56,798 nucleotides of DNA from Thermoanaerobaculia bacterium (GTDB lineage: Bacteria; Acidobacteriota; Thermoanaerobaculia; UBA5066; Gp7-AA6). Below, piece after piece: positions 1-10,113 of the stretch; within the stretch, counting starts at the first letter, position 1; the number at the start of each line of letters is the position of its first letter. A program made the position numbers and the translations under genes. The notes beneath the pieces are model-generated. The model was not told the DNA's origin. It made no database searches and saw only the letters and a list, made by a program, of their open reading frames with translations. The stretch is taken from NCBI GenBank assembly GCA_035259605.1, contig DATFWF010000011.1, forward strand, positions 1 to 56,798, in the 5' to 3' direction.

Positions 1-509
1 CGGCGGACACGCTGCTGAACTTTCCGGACTTTCGCGCGGCGGAGAAGACCTTCCAGCTCGTGGCCCAGGTCGCGGGGAGGGCCGGGCGCGGCTCCACTCC
101 CGGCACGGTCCACGTGCAGACCTTCCATCCGCACCATCCCGCCATCCGGCGCGCGGCGTCGCACGACGTGGACGGCTTCGCCGCCGAGGAGCTCGCCTTC
201 CGGCGATCGTTCTTCTATCCGCCCTTCGCGGAGCTCGCGTCGATCCTGGTCTCCTCGCCGGACCGCGATCGGGCGGAGAGGGCCGCGTCGGAGATTGGCA
301 GGGCTCTCGCCGCCGGGTCCTCGGGGCTGCGCCTGTCGGGGCCCGCGCCGGCGCCGTTGGAGAGGCTCAAGGGGAGGTGGCGGTGGCAGATCCTGCTTCG
401 GGCAACGAGCCGGCGGCTGATCCTCGAGGCGCTCGAGGCGTCCGTTCCCGATCGCGCGCCCTCCGGCGTCCAGGTCGCGGTGGACGTGGACCCCCAGGAC
501 CTGATGTGA
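1..509 (+). CDS. priA: Primosomal protein N' (PriA helicase), C-terminal fragment; 5' end outside window
   Basis: Frame 3 is open from the window edge to TGA 507-509. Translation ADTLLNFPDFRAAEKTFQLVAQVAGRAGR...FYPPF...GRWRWQILL matches PriA helicase motif VI and the C-terminal domain. Confidence 0.85.
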   Translation, partial: ADTLLNFPDFRAAEKTFQLVAQVAGRAGRGSTPGTVHVQTFHPHHPAIRRAASHDVDGFAAEELAFRRSFFYPPFAELASILVSSPDRDRAERAASEIGRALAAGSSGLRLSGPAPAPLERLKGRWRWQILLRATSRRLILEALEASVPDRAPSGVQVAVDVDPQDLM

Positions 510-544
510 TGCCTTATCATCGCGGGAATACTCGGGAGAGAACG

Positions 545-1717
545 ATGCCGAGACTGCCCGGACGAAACCGGCTCCTGGCTTTCCTTTCCGCGGCGGCGGT
601 CCTGCTGGGCTCGGCCGGCGGCGCGCTGCAGGGCGTGTGCGGCCCCTTCCTCGACGTCAACGACGTGGCGTTCTGCCCCTTCGTCCTGGAGATCTTCTAC
701 CTGGGAATCACGACCGGCACGACGGCCACGACGTACGACCCCACCGCCAGCGTCAGCCGCCTCCAGATGGCGGCGTTTCTTTCCCGGACGGTCGACTCGG
801 CGCTGAAGAGGGGCAGCCGCCGCGCCGCGCTCGATCAGTTCTGGACCAGCCAGAATTCGACGGTTCTCGGGATCACGACGCTTTCCGCATCGCCACACCT
901 GATCGTCTCCGACGGCGCCGACGTCTGGGTTCCCATCAACGGAGGCCTGGTCGTCCGAGTCCGGGGGAGCGATGGCAGGATCCTGGAGACCTGGACCGGT
1001 GCGACGAACGCGAGCGGATCGCTCTCGGCGATGGGAAAGATCTTCGTGGTCGGCGACAGCAGCCCGGGACGGTTGCACCAGATCGATCCGTCACAGCCGG
1101 CGGGCGCCGTGACGACGGTGGCGTCGAACCTGGGTAATGCCTCTACCTCGCTCACCTTCGACGGGGCGCGGATCTGGACGGCCGACGGGGCGTCCGCGGT
1201 TTCGATCATCACGCCGGGAGCGGCAATCCCGTGGACGGTGACGGTGGTCGGCTCTCCGAGCTTCTTCGCCCCCGCCGGGATCCTCTTTGACGGCTCCAAC
1301 GTCTGGATCACCGACCAGAACAATCACACCCTGATGAAGCTCGACTCCGCGGGCGCGGTCCTCCTGACGGTGACGGTCGGAAACTTTCCGCAATATCCGG
1401 TGTTCGACGGGACCAATATCTGGGTCCCGAATCGGGGCGGCAGCGACTCGGTCTCGGTCGTCCGCCCGGCAACCGGAGCGGTCCTCGCAACCCTGACGGG
1501 AAACGGACTGAACTCCCCGATCGGGTCGGCTTTCGACGGCCAGCGAGTCCTCATCACGAACCTGGGCGGCAACAGCGTCTCCCTGTTCAAGGCGGCGGAC
1601 CTTTCTCCAATCGGGAGCTTCACCGTCGGGTCCGCGATCGGGATCGTCGGCGCGTGCAGCGACGGGACCTATTTCTGGCTGGGGTTCGAGACCGGCAGCA
1701 AGCTGGCGCGCTTCTAG
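545..1717 (+). CDS. Secreted repeat (beta-propeller-like) protein with SLH-like N-terminal segment
   Basis: ORF 377..1717. Start set at ATG 545 ([30 protein letters not shown], signal-peptide-like); ATG 509 is also possible. [16 protein letters not shown]...[11 protein letters not shown] resembles an S-layer-homology motif. It is followed by several degenerate blades of the type DG.n(I/V)WV. Confidence 0.6.
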   Translation: MPRLPGRNRLLAFLSAAAVLLGSAGGALQGVCGPFLDVNDVAFCPFVLEIFYLGITTGTTATTYDPTASVSRLQMAAFLSRTVDSALKRGSRRAALDQFWTSQNSTVLGITTLSASPHLIVSDGADVWVPINGGLVVRVRGSDGRILETWTGATNASGSLSAMGKIFVVGDSSPGRLHQIDPSQPAGAVTTVASNLGNASTSLTFDGARIWTADGASAVSIITPGAAIPWTVTVVGSPSFFAPAGILFDGSNVWITDQNNHTLMKLDSAGAVLLTVTVGNFPQYPVFDGTNIWVPNRGGSDSVSVVRPATGAVLATLTGNGLNSPIGSAFDGQRVLITNLGGNSVSLFKAADLSPIGSFTVGSAIGIVGACSDGTYFWLGFETGSKLARF

Positions 1718-1754
1718 CGGCGTGCGGCCCCGGCGGGCCTTACAATCGGGCGCG

Positions 1755-2714
1755 ATGGACGAGGACGGCAACTTCGAAGAGCCCATCCTGAAGTTGAAGC
1801 GCCGCATCGAGGAGCTGGCGGCGCTCCCCGACGACGCCTCTCGGCGCAAGGAGCTGGAGAAGCTGCGAGAGAGGCTGGAGAAGGTTTCCCGGGAGATCTA
1901 CTCGACCCTGACCCCCTGGCAGAAGACCCTGGTCGCGCGCCACCCCGGCCGGCCGTACACGCTCGATTACATCGAGAAGCTGATGACGGACTTCGTCGAG
2001 CTGCACGGGGACCGCCGCTTCGCCGACGATCCCGCCATCGTCGCCGGGATGGCGACCTTCCGAGGGCACGAGGTCGCGGTCATCGGGCATCAGAAGGGAC
2101 GGGACACGCGCGAGAAGATCCGCCGCAACTTCGGGATGCCGAGGCCCGAGGGTTACCGGAAGGCGCTCCGCGTCATGGAGATGGCGGAGAAGTTCGGCCG
2201 CCCGATCCTGACGTTCGTGGACACGACGGGAGCCTACCCCGGCATCGACGCCGAAGAGCGCGGCCAGGCCGAGGCGATCGCGGCGAACCTGAAGGAGATG
2301 GCCTCGTTTCACGTCCCGGTGGTCGTGACGGTCACCGGCGAGGGAGGCTCCGGAGGGGCGCTCGCGCTCGGAATCGGCGACCGGGTCCTGATGATGGAGC
2401 ACGCCGTGTACTCGGTGATCTCGCCCGAGGGCTGCGCGGCGATCCTCTGGAAGGACGCCTCGAGGAAGAAGGAAGCGGCAGAGTCGCTGAAGATCACCGC
2501 GGCGGACCTGAAGGCCTTCAACGTCATCGACGAGATCGTGCCCGAGCCTCCGGGAGGCGCCCACGCGGACCCGGACGGCGCGGCCGCGGCGGTGGGGGAG
2601 GCGATCGAGCGAAACCTGCGGCAGGTGCTCGACCTGACACCGGAGGAGAGGCGGGAGCGCCGCTACCGGAAGTTCCGCGCGCTCGGCTCGATCGAGACCG
2701 CCCCGGCTTCGTGA
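1755..2714 (+). CDS. accA: Acetyl-CoA carboxylase carboxyltransferase subunit alpha
   Basis: ATG 1755 inside ORF 1722..2714. Full-length match to the AccA pattern (KLKRRIEEL..., [35 protein letters not shown]). Confidence 0.9.
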   Translation: MDEDGNFEEPILKLKRRIEELAALPDDASRRKELEKLRERLEKVSREIYSTLTPWQKTLVARHPGRPYTLDYIEKLMTDFVELHGDRRFADDPAIVAGMATFRGHEVAVIGHQKGRDTREKIRRNFGMPRPEGYRKALRVMEMAEKFGRPILTFVDTTGAYPGIDAEERGQAEAIAANLKEMASFHVPVVVTVTGEGGSGGALALGIGDRVLMMEHAVYSVISPEGCAAILWKDASRKKEAAESLKITAADLKAFNVIDEIVPEPPGGAHADPDGAAAAVGEAIERNLRQVLDLTPEERRERRYRKFRALGSIETAPAS

Positions 2715-4720
2715 ACCGCCGCCGCCGGCTGGAGATCGTCGTCCTCGCCTTCGGCGTGGTCTTCGTCGCGGTGCTCGCCTACTCGTTCCGCCCGGGCCGG
2801 CGCCCCTCCTCGCGCGGCGCCGACGCGCTCCCGCGTCCCCCGGTGGCAGGAGAGGACGGCCTTCCGATGACCGTCTCGAAAGGCTTCGACTACACGGAGA
2901 CGGTCGGCGGCAAGCGGACCTTCCGGATCCAGGCGGAGCGCACGGTCGGGTTCGGCGCGGCGGCGGGGCAGGTCCCCAACTCCTACGCCCTGGAAGGCGT
3001 CTCCCTCACGCTCTACCCCGAGCAGGGGCAGGGAGCTCCCGTGACGGTCCGGGCCGACAAGGCGCAGTACGACCACCGCACCAACGACGCGATCCTCTCG
3101 GGCAACGTCCGCTGGTCCGACGAGAAGGGCGCGCTCGGAGAAACGGCGAAGATCGAGTTTCACCCGAATTCGAAAGGCGGCGACCTCCTCGTCCCGTCTC
3201 CGGTCCATTTCTCGCGCGGGACGTTCAACGTCGATGCGAAATCCGGCCGCTACGACGTCGCGAAACGGGAGCTGGCGCTGGAAGGGCCGATCCGTGGAGC
3301 CGGAACGGGGGAGGGGAGCGCGGGGCTCTCCTCGATCGCGTCCGACAGGGCCTTCTACCGGCGCGAGGAGGGAGTCATCGAGCTGGTCGGCTCGGTCTCG
3401 GGCGCCTCGCGCGGCGGCGACCGGGTGGACTGCGACGCCATGACGCTCAAGACCGAGCAGGACGGCAACCGCGTCGAGTGGGCGCGCGCGGAAGGAAACG
3501 TCCGGGGAGTCCTCGCGGCGGCCTCCGGGCCGACTCCCGCGGCGCGCGCGGCGGGGGCCGCGGCTTCCGCCGTGGAGCGGCGCTACTTCGCGAAAACCGG
3601 CGCGCTCTTCTTCGGTCCCGACGGGGCCGCCCGCTCGCTGACTCTCTCGGGAACGCCGGCGCGTGTCGAGGAAGGCAGCCAAAAAATCGAGGCGGAGACG
3701 ATCGACGTCGCCTTCGAAGGCGGGCACGCGGCGGCGGCCCATGCCCGCGGCAAGGTCCGCTTCGACTCGCCCGAGAACCGCGCCGAGTCCGACTCGGCCA
3801 ACGTTACCTTCGCGGCCTCCGGGGAAATCGCTTCGCTCGAGCTCTCGGGCAATGTGCGGACGCAGGGAGAGGGCCGTTCCGCGAAAGCCGACAGGATCGT
3901 CCAGGTTCCCGCGCGCGGCCTCTGGGTCTTGACCGGGGAAAAGGGAGGCTCGGCCACGGCCGAGAGCGAGGGGTCCAGGGTGTCGGCGGACCGCATCGAG
4001 ATGGATCGCAACCGCCGCACGCTCGACGCGACCGGCAACGCGCGCGCCGTCTTCGTTCCCGGCAAATCCAACGAGAACCCGCCGACGCTGGTCGGCGATT
4101 CCTCCAAGCCCACCTTCGGCAAGGCGGCCCGGATGGTTTTCGACGACGCCGCGAAGACCGCGACGCTTTCGGGGGGAGGCACTCTCTGGCAGGGCGCCTC
4201 CTCGCTCTTCGGCGACGACATCACGTTGAACGACGGAGAGCGCGTGCTGGTCGCGGTCGGGCACACTCGGACCGTCGTCTCGCCCGAGCCTTCCGAACCG
4301 GCCAGGGGCGAGAAGGACCGATCCCCCTCCGTCGTGACGGCCCGCCGCGTGATCTACCGCGACGCCGAAGGGGTGGCCGTCTTCGAGGACGGCGTCCTCG
4401 TCACGCGCGGCCCCTGGCGCGCGACCGCGCAGAAGGCGACGGCGACCTTCGGCGCGGCCCGCAAGATCGACCGCGTCGAGCTGACCGGGGACGTCACGCT
4501 GTCGGACTCCTCGACGGGCCGGAAGGGAAAAGCGGAGAGGGCGCTCGATCTCCCGGGCGAGGACAAGACCGTTCTCCGCGGCGAGCCGGCCTGGGTCACC
4601 GACGCCGAGGGCAACCGCGTCGCCGGCGCCGTCCTGACGATCACCGAGAAGGGAAAGCGGGTCGAGGTCACCGCTCCGGAAGGCGGCAAGACCGAAACGA
4701 TCCACAAGACCAAGGCATGA
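2711..4720 (+). CDS. Membrane-anchored LptC/LptA (OstA-like) multi-domain protein, 669 aa
   Basis: GTG 2711 overlaps the accA TGA. There is one N-terminal TM helix ([20 protein letters not shown]). The rest is repeated OstA/LptA-like beta-jellyroll segments (A..a.yd......l.GnV type repeats). It lies immediately upstream of lptB. Confidence 0.6.
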   Translation: MNRRRRLEIVVLAFGVVFVAVLAYSFRPGRRPSSRGADALPRPPVAGEDGLPMTVSKGFDYTETVGGKRTFRIQAERTVGFGAAAGQVPNSYALEGVSLTLYPEQGQGAPVTVRADKAQYDHRTNDAILSGNVRWSDEKGALGETAKIEFHPNSKGGDLLVPSPVHFSRGTFNVDAKSGRYDVAKRELALEGPIRGAGTGEGSAGLSSIASDRAFYRREEGVIELVGSVSGASRGGDRVDCDAMTLKTEQDGNRVEWARAEGNVRGVLAAASGPTPAARAAGAAASAVERRYFAKTGALFFGPDGAARSLTLSGTPARVEEGSQKIEAETIDVAFEGGHAAAAHARGKVRFDSPENRAESDSANVTFAASGEIASLELSGNVRTQGEGRSAKADRIVQVPARGLWVLTGEKGGSATAESEGSRVSADRIEMDRNRRTLDATGNARAVFVPGKSNENPPTLVGDSSKPTFGKAARMVFDDAAKTATLSGGGTLWQGASSLFGDDITLNDGERVLVAVGHTRTVVSPEPSEPARGEKDRSPSVVTARRVIYRDAEGVAVFEDGVLVTRGPWRATAQKATATFGAARKIDRVELTGDVTLSDSSTGRKGKAERALDLPGEDKTVLRGEPAWVTDAEGNRVAGAVLTITEKGKRVEVTAPEGGKTETIHKTKA

Positions 4721-4739
4721 GCGCGTCTAAACTACCGGT

Positions 4740-5492
4740 GTGAGCGAAAGCGCGATCTCCGAGAGGCGGCCGGTCCTCGCGGCCGAGGGGCTGATCAAGA
4801 CGTACGGCGGGCGGGCGGTCGTCAAGGGCGTCTCGCTGGAGATCGCCGGCGGGGAGATCGTCGGGCTGCTCGGGCCCAACGGCGCCGGGAAGACGACGAC
4901 CTTCTCGATCGTGGTGGGGCTCGTTCGCCCGGACGCGGGGGTTGTGCGCCTGGGCGACCGCGACCTGACCGATCTCCCGATGTACCGCCGGGCCCGGGAA
5001 GGAATCTCCTACCTGCCGCAGGAACCGTCGGTCTTCCGCAAGATGACCGTCGAGGAGAACCTGCTCGCGATCCTCGAGACGCTGGACCTCTCGCGCGGCG
5101 AGCAGAGGGAGCGGGCCGACCGGCTCCTCGCCGAGTTCGGGCTCGAGGCGCTGCGCACGCACCGGGCGTTCACGCTCTCGGGCGGCGAGCGCCGGCGGGT
5201 CGAGATCGCGAGGAGCCTCGTGGTGTCCCCGGATTTCCTGCTCCTCGACGAGCCGTTCGCGGGGATCGACCCCCTGGCCGTCCTCGAAATCCAGGGAATC
5301 GCCCGCCGGCTGGCGGCGACCGGGATCGGAGTTCTGGTCACGGATCACAACGTCCGCGAGACTTTGTCCATCGTGGACCGCGCCTATATAATCAACGCCG
5401 GCGAGATTTTACGGGCAGGCACGCCCCTTGCTCTGTCGAGCGACGCCGTCGTCAAGAAGATCTATCTGGGGGAGGCTTTTCAGCTGAACTGA
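4740..5492 (+). CDS. lptB: LPS export ABC transporter ATP-binding protein
   Basis: Walker [10 protein letters not shown], signature [13 protein letters not shown], Walker [13 protein letters not shown]. Canonical position directly upstream of rpoN. Confidence 0.9.
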   Translation: MSESAISERRPVLAAEGLIKTYGGRAVVKGVSLEIAGGEIVGLLGPNGAGKTTTFSIVVGLVRPDAGVVRLGDRDLTDLPMYRRAREGISYLPQEPSVFRKMTVEENLLAILETLDLSRGEQRERADRLLAEFGLEALRTHRAFTLSGGERRRVEIARSLVVSPDFLLLDEPFAGIDPLAVLEIQGIARRLAATGIGVLVTDHNVRETLSIVDRAYIINAGEILRAGTPLALSSDAVVKKIYLGEAFQLN

Positions 5493-5558
5493 AAAGGCGA
5501 TGACGGAAGAATCGGCTGCCTCCCGCCCGCGGGAATCGAGATCGAGAGAACTTCGCTG

Positions 5559-7052
5559 ATGGCGCTCGAACAGAAACTCCACCTGAGGCTGTCGCAGCGG
5601 CTGGTCATGACGCCGTCGCTGCAGCAGGCCATCAAGCTGCTGCAGATGTCCAAGCTCGAGCTCGAGGAGGTCTTGAACCAGGAGATGGTCGAGAACCCCG
5701 TCCTCGAAGAGGAGCAGGAGCAGGAGGAGGCGCCGCGCGAGGCGGAGGCCGGGGAGGCCCCCGAAGCTCCCGAGGCGTCCAAGGAGGAAGTCCCCGCGGC
5801 GGCGACGGCCACGCCCGAGGCCCCCGCGGAAGCCGAGGCGGCTCCGGACACCGAGCGCGACTCCTTCGAGGAAATCGATTTCGACACCTACTTCGAGGAC
5901 TACCTCGACACGGCCTACAACCCACGCCAGTACGAGGACAGCGAGCAGACCCCGCTGGAGAACACGCTCTCGAGCACTCCGGGCCTCCAGGAGTACCTGA
6001 CCTGGCAGCTCTCGATGTCCGACGCCGGCCCGGCCGTCCGCGAGATCGCCGGGTACCTGATCGGAAACATCGACGAGGACGGCTACCTGCGCGTCGCGCG
6101 CGAGGAGATTCGCGAGGCCGGGTTCGACAGCGAGGCAGACGTCGAGCAAGCTCTGGCACTCGTGCGCTCCTTCGATCCCCCGGGAATCTGCGCCTTCGAC
6201 CTGCCCGACTGCCTGATGCTCCAGATCCACGCGCTGAAGATCGACAACCCGCTGATCGAGAAGATCGTCACCGAGCACTGGCCCGAGCTCCTGAACCGCC
6301 AGTTCCCGCAGCTGTCCCGGTCGCTCTCCGTCGGCATGTCGGAGCTGCAGGCGGTCGTCGAGATCATCAAGAACCTCGAGCCCAAGCCGGGCCGCAAGTA
6401 CTCCAACGAGCGGACGATCTACGTCGAGCCGGATGTCGCGGTGCGCAAGATCGGCGACGAGTACGTCATCCAGCTGAACGAGGACGGCCTGCCGAAGCTC
6501 CGGATCTCCGCCGCGTACCGGCGGATGCTGCGGGGCGGAAACGGCGCGATCGGCCAGGAGGCCGCGGCGTACCTCAAGGACAAGATGCGCTCGGCGGTCT
6601 GGCTCATCAAGAGCCTCGACCAGCGCCAGCGGACGATCTACAAGGTCGCCGACTCGATCGTGCGCCACCAGCGGGAGTTCCTCGACAAGGGTATCGAGCA
6701 CCTCCGGCCGCTCGTGCTGCGCGACGTCGCCAACGACATCGGGATGCACGAGTCCACGGTCTCGCGCGTCGTTTCCAACAAATACATCCACACGCCGCGC
6801 GGCCTCTTCCCGATGAAATACTTCTTCCACAGCGGAATCGACTCCTCGACCGGAGCCGACGTCTCGTCGCTGTCGATCAAGAGCAAGATCGCCCGCTACA
6901 TCGCCGATGAGGATGCGCGTCGCCCGCACTCGGACGCCCGCATCATGCAGCGCCTGCGCGCCGAGGGGATCCAGATCGCGCGAAGGACCGTCGCCAAGTA
7001 CCGCGAGGAGCTGCGGATCCCCTCCTCCTCGCAGCGCAAGCAATCGTTCTGA
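5559..7052 (+). CDS. rpoN: RNA polymerase sigma-54 factor
   Basis: Region I LSQRLVMTPSLQQAIKLLQMSKLEL, acidic region II, C-terminal RpoN box ARRTVAKYREEL. Confidence 0.95.
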   Translation: MALEQKLHLRLSQRLVMTPSLQQAIKLLQMSKLELEEVLNQEMVENPVLEEEQEQEEAPREAEAGEAPEAPEASKEEVPAAATATPEAPAEAEAAPDTERDSFEEIDFDTYFEDYLDTAYNPRQYEDSEQTPLENTLSSTPGLQEYLTWQLSMSDAGPAVREIAGYLIGNIDEDGYLRVAREEIREAGFDSEADVEQALALVRSFDPPGICAFDLPDCLMLQIHALKIDNPLIEKIVTEHWPELLNRQFPQLSRSLSVGMSELQAVVEIIKNLEPKPGRKYSNERTIYVEPDVAVRKIGDEYVIQLNEDGLPKLRISAAYRRMLRGGNGAIGQEAAAYLKDKMRSAVWLIKSLDQRQRTIYKVADSIVRHQREFLDKGIEHLRPLVLRDVANDIGMHESTVSRVVSNKYIHTPRGLFPMKYFFHSGIDSSTGADVSSLSIKSKIARYIADEDARRPHSDARIMQRLRAEGIQIARRTVAKYREELRIPSSSQRKQSF

Positions 7053-7078
7053 ATCCGTTCGCACCAAGAGGAGGTGGC

Positions 7079-7645
7079 ATGAGCGTCGAATGCACCGGCC
7101 GCAATGTCGAAGTCACTCCCGTGCTCGAAGAGCTCGCCCGGAAGCGAACGCAGAAGCTGGAGCGGCACCTCGGCGGGCCCGCCCGGGTCCGCATCGTCCT
7201 GTCCCAGGAGAAGCACCGATTCGGCGCCGAGATCATCGCGAGCCACCGGCGCCGCCACTGGAAGGCCCAGGAGGAGACCGAGGGAGATCCCCGCGCGGCC
7301 GTGACGCTCGCCTTCGAGAAGATCGAGGCGCAGAGCATGCGCGACCTCCAGAAAGTCCGCGACCGGAAGCACCGCGGCGCTCCCGGCGAATCCATCCGAA
7401 CGCTCGTACCGGCGCCGGACGGCGGGAAGCCCCCGGCGGGCCTGTCGCCGTCGGGCGGGCGGCGGATCGTGCGGGGCAGCCAGCAGCGGATGCCGGCCAA
7501 GCCGATGAGCGTCGAGGAGGCCGGCCTGCGGCTGGAGACCTCGCGCCAGGAGTTTCTGATCTTCCGCGACTCCGGCAACGAGCGCATCTCCGTCCTTTAC
7601 CGCCGCCGCGACGGCGACTTCGGATTGATCGTTCCGGCATGCTGA
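7079..7645 (+). CDS. hpf: Ribosome hibernation promoting factor (long form)
   Basis: YfiA/S30AE-type N-terminal domain plus C-terminal dimerisation domain (KPMSVEEA...FLIFRDSGNERISVLYRRRDGDFGLI). RBS AAGAGGAGG lies upstream. Confidence 0.9.
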   Translation: MSVECTGRNVEVTPVLEELARKRTQKLERHLGGPARVRIVLSQEKHRFGAEIIASHRRRHWKAQEETEGDPRAAVTLAFEKIEAQSMRDLQKVRDRKHRGAPGESIRTLVPAPDGGKPPAGLSPSGGRRIVRGSQQRMPAKPMSVEEAGLRLETSRQEFLIFRDSGNERISVLYRRRDGDFGLIVPAC

Positions 7646-7682
7646 GCGCGCGCTTCTTCCCGGCCGGAGACGAGAGGGACTG

Positions 7683-8171
7683 ATGGACGGCGAGGCCCCG
7701 CTCCAGGGATTGCTCGACCCGCGCTTCGTCTTCGCGGACCTGAAAGGGCCCGGGATGGAGGACGTGCTGGGCGAGATGGCGCGCCGCCTCGCCGCGGCCG
7801 GAGTCGTGCGCGACGTGAGCGACCTGACGCGGCGCTTGATCGAGCGCGAGAAGCTCGGCTGCACGGGCCTGGGCTCCGGAGTCGCGATCCCGCACTGCAA
7901 GTCGAAAGACGTCCAGGACATCGTCCTGGCAATCGGGCTCGCGCCGCGAGGCGTGGACTTCCACGCGCCCGACGGCGTCCCGGTGACGCTGGTCTTCCTG
8001 ATCCTCTCGCCGGCCGACCAGCCCGCCGCGCACCTCCAGACGCTCGCGCGGATCTCGCGGCTTCTGCGCACGCCGGGCATCTCCGAGAGTCTCCGGCGCG
8101 CGACGACGCGCGAGGAAGTCCTGGAGGCCCTGAAGGGTCCGCAGGGGAGCCTGACGGCGGCGGGATCATGA
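7683..8171 (+). CDS. ptsN: Nitrogen-related PTS EIIA (EIIA-Ntr)
   Basis: EIIA(Fru/Ntr) signature GLGSGVAIPHCK with the phosphorylatable His. Conserved position after hpf. Confidence 0.85.
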   Translation: MDGEAPLQGLLDPRFVFADLKGPGMEDVLGEMARRLAAAGVVRDVSDLTRRLIEREKLGCTGLGSGVAIPHCKSKDVQDIVLAIGLAPRGVDFHAPDGVPVTLVFLILSPADQPAAHLQTLARISRLLRTPGISESLRRATTREEVLEALKGPQGSLTAAGS

Positions 8172-9151
8172 GCGTGCCCGAGGAGCGGGGGAGAACGGCG
8201 CACCTGACCGCGGAGATCCTGCGCTCGCCGATCCTGTCGGACCTGAAGCTGCGCACGGTCGCGGGAGAATCCGGGTTCTCCCGCCCGATCTCCTGGGGGC
8301 GCATCCAGCGGCCGGGCCTCGCCTTCGCGGGCTTCCTCGCGTTCATCAAGCCGGGGCGCATCCAGATCCTCGGCGAAAGCGAGCTCCATTACCTCGACAC
8401 GATGCCGGCCGACGTCCGCCAGGAGCGGATCGCGTCGATCGCGGCCCTGCCCGTCGCGGCCTTCGTGATCACCAAGGGGCAGGAAGTGCCCGAGGACCTC
8501 GCCCGGGAGTGCCGGTCGCGGTCGATCCCGCTCCTCGTCTCGGACCAGACCACCTCCGTCGTCATCCAGAACATCACCCGCGTCCTCGAAGATGAGCTCG
8601 CACCTTCGGCGACCGTTCACGGCGTCCTCGTGGACGTCTACGGGATGGGAGTCCTCCTGCTCGGCGACTCCGGCATCGGCAAGAGCGAGTGCGCGCTCGA
8701 CCTGATCCAGCGCGGCCACCGGCTGGTGGCCGACGATGTCGTCGAGATCCGCAAGTACCCCAACGGCGCCCTCGTCGGGCGGGCCGCGGAGATGATCCGC
8801 TACCACATGGAGCTGCGCGGGATCGGGATCATCAACATCAAGAACCTCTTCGGGGTTTCGGCGGTGCGGACCTCCAAATCCATCGAGCTCGTCATCGAGC
8901 TCGAGCGATGGGACCCGGCCAAGAAGTACGACCGGCTCGGCCTGGACGGCGAGACCTATTCGATCCTCGGCAAGCAGCGGCCGTTCCTGCGGCTCCCGGT
9001 CGCCTCGGGGCGCAACCTGGCGCTGCTGATCGAGATCGCCGCCCGCAACGAGCTCCTCAAGATGCAGGGCTACGACGCGGCCAAGGAGTTCGCGCTCAAG
9101 GTGGACGAGCAGATCGCGAAGAACGCCCAGTCGCCGGTGCGCCGGGGCTGA
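8168..9151 (+). CDS. hprK: HPr kinase/phosphorylase
   Basis: GVLVDVYGMGVLLLGDSGIGKSECALDLIQRGHRLVADD (P-loop and HprK signature). ATGA overlap with the ptsN stop. Confidence 0.9.
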   Translation: MSVPEERGRTAHLTAEILRSPILSDLKLRTVAGESGFSRPISWGRIQRPGLAFAGFLAFIKPGRIQILGESELHYLDTMPADVRQERIASIAALPVAAFVITKGQEVPEDLARECRSRSIPLLVSDQTTSVVIQNITRVLEDELAPSATVHGVLVDVYGMGVLLLGDSGIGKSECALDLIQRGHRLVADDVVEIRKYPNGALVGRAAEMIRYHMELRGIGIINIKNLFGVSAVRTSKSIELVIELERWDPAKKYDRLGLDGETYSILGKQRPFLRLPVASGRNLALLIEIAARNELLKMQGYDAAKEFALKVDEQIAKNAQSPVRRG

Positions 9152-9158
9152 GCGGATT

Positions 9159-9186
9159 GGGACTCGGGACTCGAGACTCGGACTCG
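9159..9186. repeat. Tandem heptamer array GGGACTC GGGACTC GAGACTC GGACTC
   Basis: Read directly. It fills most of the 39-nt hprK-rapZ spacer. Confidence 0.8.
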
Positions 9187-9190
9187 AACG

Positions 9191-10075
9191 ATGAGCTCCG
9201 GAGACACGGCGGACGCGAACTCTTCCCTCCCGGAGAGCCTCGTCATCGCCACCGGCCTCTCCGGCTCGGGCAAAAGCTACGTCAACAAGTGCCTGGAGGA
9301 CATGGGCTACTTCTGCGTGGACAACCTCCCGCTGGAGCTGGTCGAGCCGCTCCTCTCGCGCGTCTCGGCGTCCCGCGTCGGCGTCATCCTCGACGTGCGC
9401 AACCCGAATTTCGCGGCGCGCTTCCCGGAGATCCTGTCGCGCCTGCGCGCGCGCGTCCCGGGCACGAGGCTGCTCTTTCTCGACGCGTCGGAGGAGGCGC
9501 TGATCCGCCGCTTCTCCGAGACGAGGCGGCCGCACCCGCTGTCGGGAGACCGGTCGCTCCTCCAGTCGCTGCGGAGCGAACGGGCGATGCTCGAAGAGGT
9601 CCGCGCGGTCGCCGACGTCGTCGTGGACACGAGCGAGATGACCGTCCACGAGCTTCGCTCGTTCATCCAGAAGACCTTCGTGGGCGATCCCTCGCGCGCG
9701 CGGATGGTCGTCTCCGCGACGTCCTTCGGATACAAGTTCGGCGTGCCGCACGACGTGGACCTCCTCTTCGACGTGCGCTTTCTCGCCAACCCGCACTTCG
9801 TGCCGGAGTTGAAGCCCAAGACCGGCTCGGACCCGGCCGTCGCGGCGTACATCGAGAAGGACCCCGAGACCGGCCGGTTCCTGGCGCGCCTGGGGGATTT
9901 CCTGGACTACCTGCTCCCGCTCTACGAGAGGGAGCAGAAGAGCTACCTCTCGCTCGGCGTCGGATGCACGGGCGGCCGGCACCGCTCGGTGTACGTGGCC
10001 GAGCGCGTGGCGGCGATGCTCAAGGATCGGGGCTACCCGGTCCGCGTCTCCCACCGGGACGCGACGCGGGAATGA
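9191..10075 (+). CDS. rapZ: RNase adapter protein RapZ (P-loop NTPase)
   Basis: N-terminal P-loop GLSGSGKS, FCVDNLP, C-terminal GCTGGRHRSV motif. Confidence 0.9.
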   Translation: MSSGDTADANSSLPESLVIATGLSGSGKSYVNKCLEDMGYFCVDNLPLELVEPLLSRVSASRVGVILDVRNPNFAARFPEILSRLRARVPGTRLLFLDASEEALIRRFSETRRPHPLSGDRSLLQSLRSERAMLEEVRAVADVVVDTSEMTVHELRSFIQKTFVGDPSRARMVVSATSFGYKFGVPHDVDLLFDVRFLANPHFVPELKPKTGSDPAVAAYIEKDPETGRFLARLGDFLDYLLPLYEREQKSYLSLGVGCTGGRHRSVYVAERVAAMLKDRGYPVRVSHRDATRE

Positions 10076-10095
10076 AGCCGCCGCCCGTCAGGCCT

Positions 10096-10101
10096 TAGAA
10101 T
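10096..10101 (+). promoter_or_regulatory. -10-like box TAGAAT, 12 nt upstream of the EIIA(Man) ATG
   Basis: cTTAGAATTCC in the rapZ-EIIA spacer. Possible internal promoter for EIIA-ptsH-ptsI. Confidence 0.3.
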
Positions 10102-10113
10102 TCCAGCAATCCC

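Noticed and set aside
6896-10054. 1052-aa ORF on the minus strand spanning hpf through rapZ
   Set aside because: It is antisense to five well-supported + strand genes. Its translation is Arg/Gly/Pro/Ala-rich low-complexity sequence typical of shadow ORFs in high-GC DNA, and I recognise no motif.
10091-10109. Sigma-54-like promoter (aGGCCTTAGAATTCC versus TGGCACG-N4-TTGC) upstream of EIIA-Man
   Set aside because: The -24 GG is present, but the nearly invariant -12 GC reads CC. Other TGGCAC hits (6150, 11768, 19092, 36673) lie inside genes and lack a TTGC at the right spacing.
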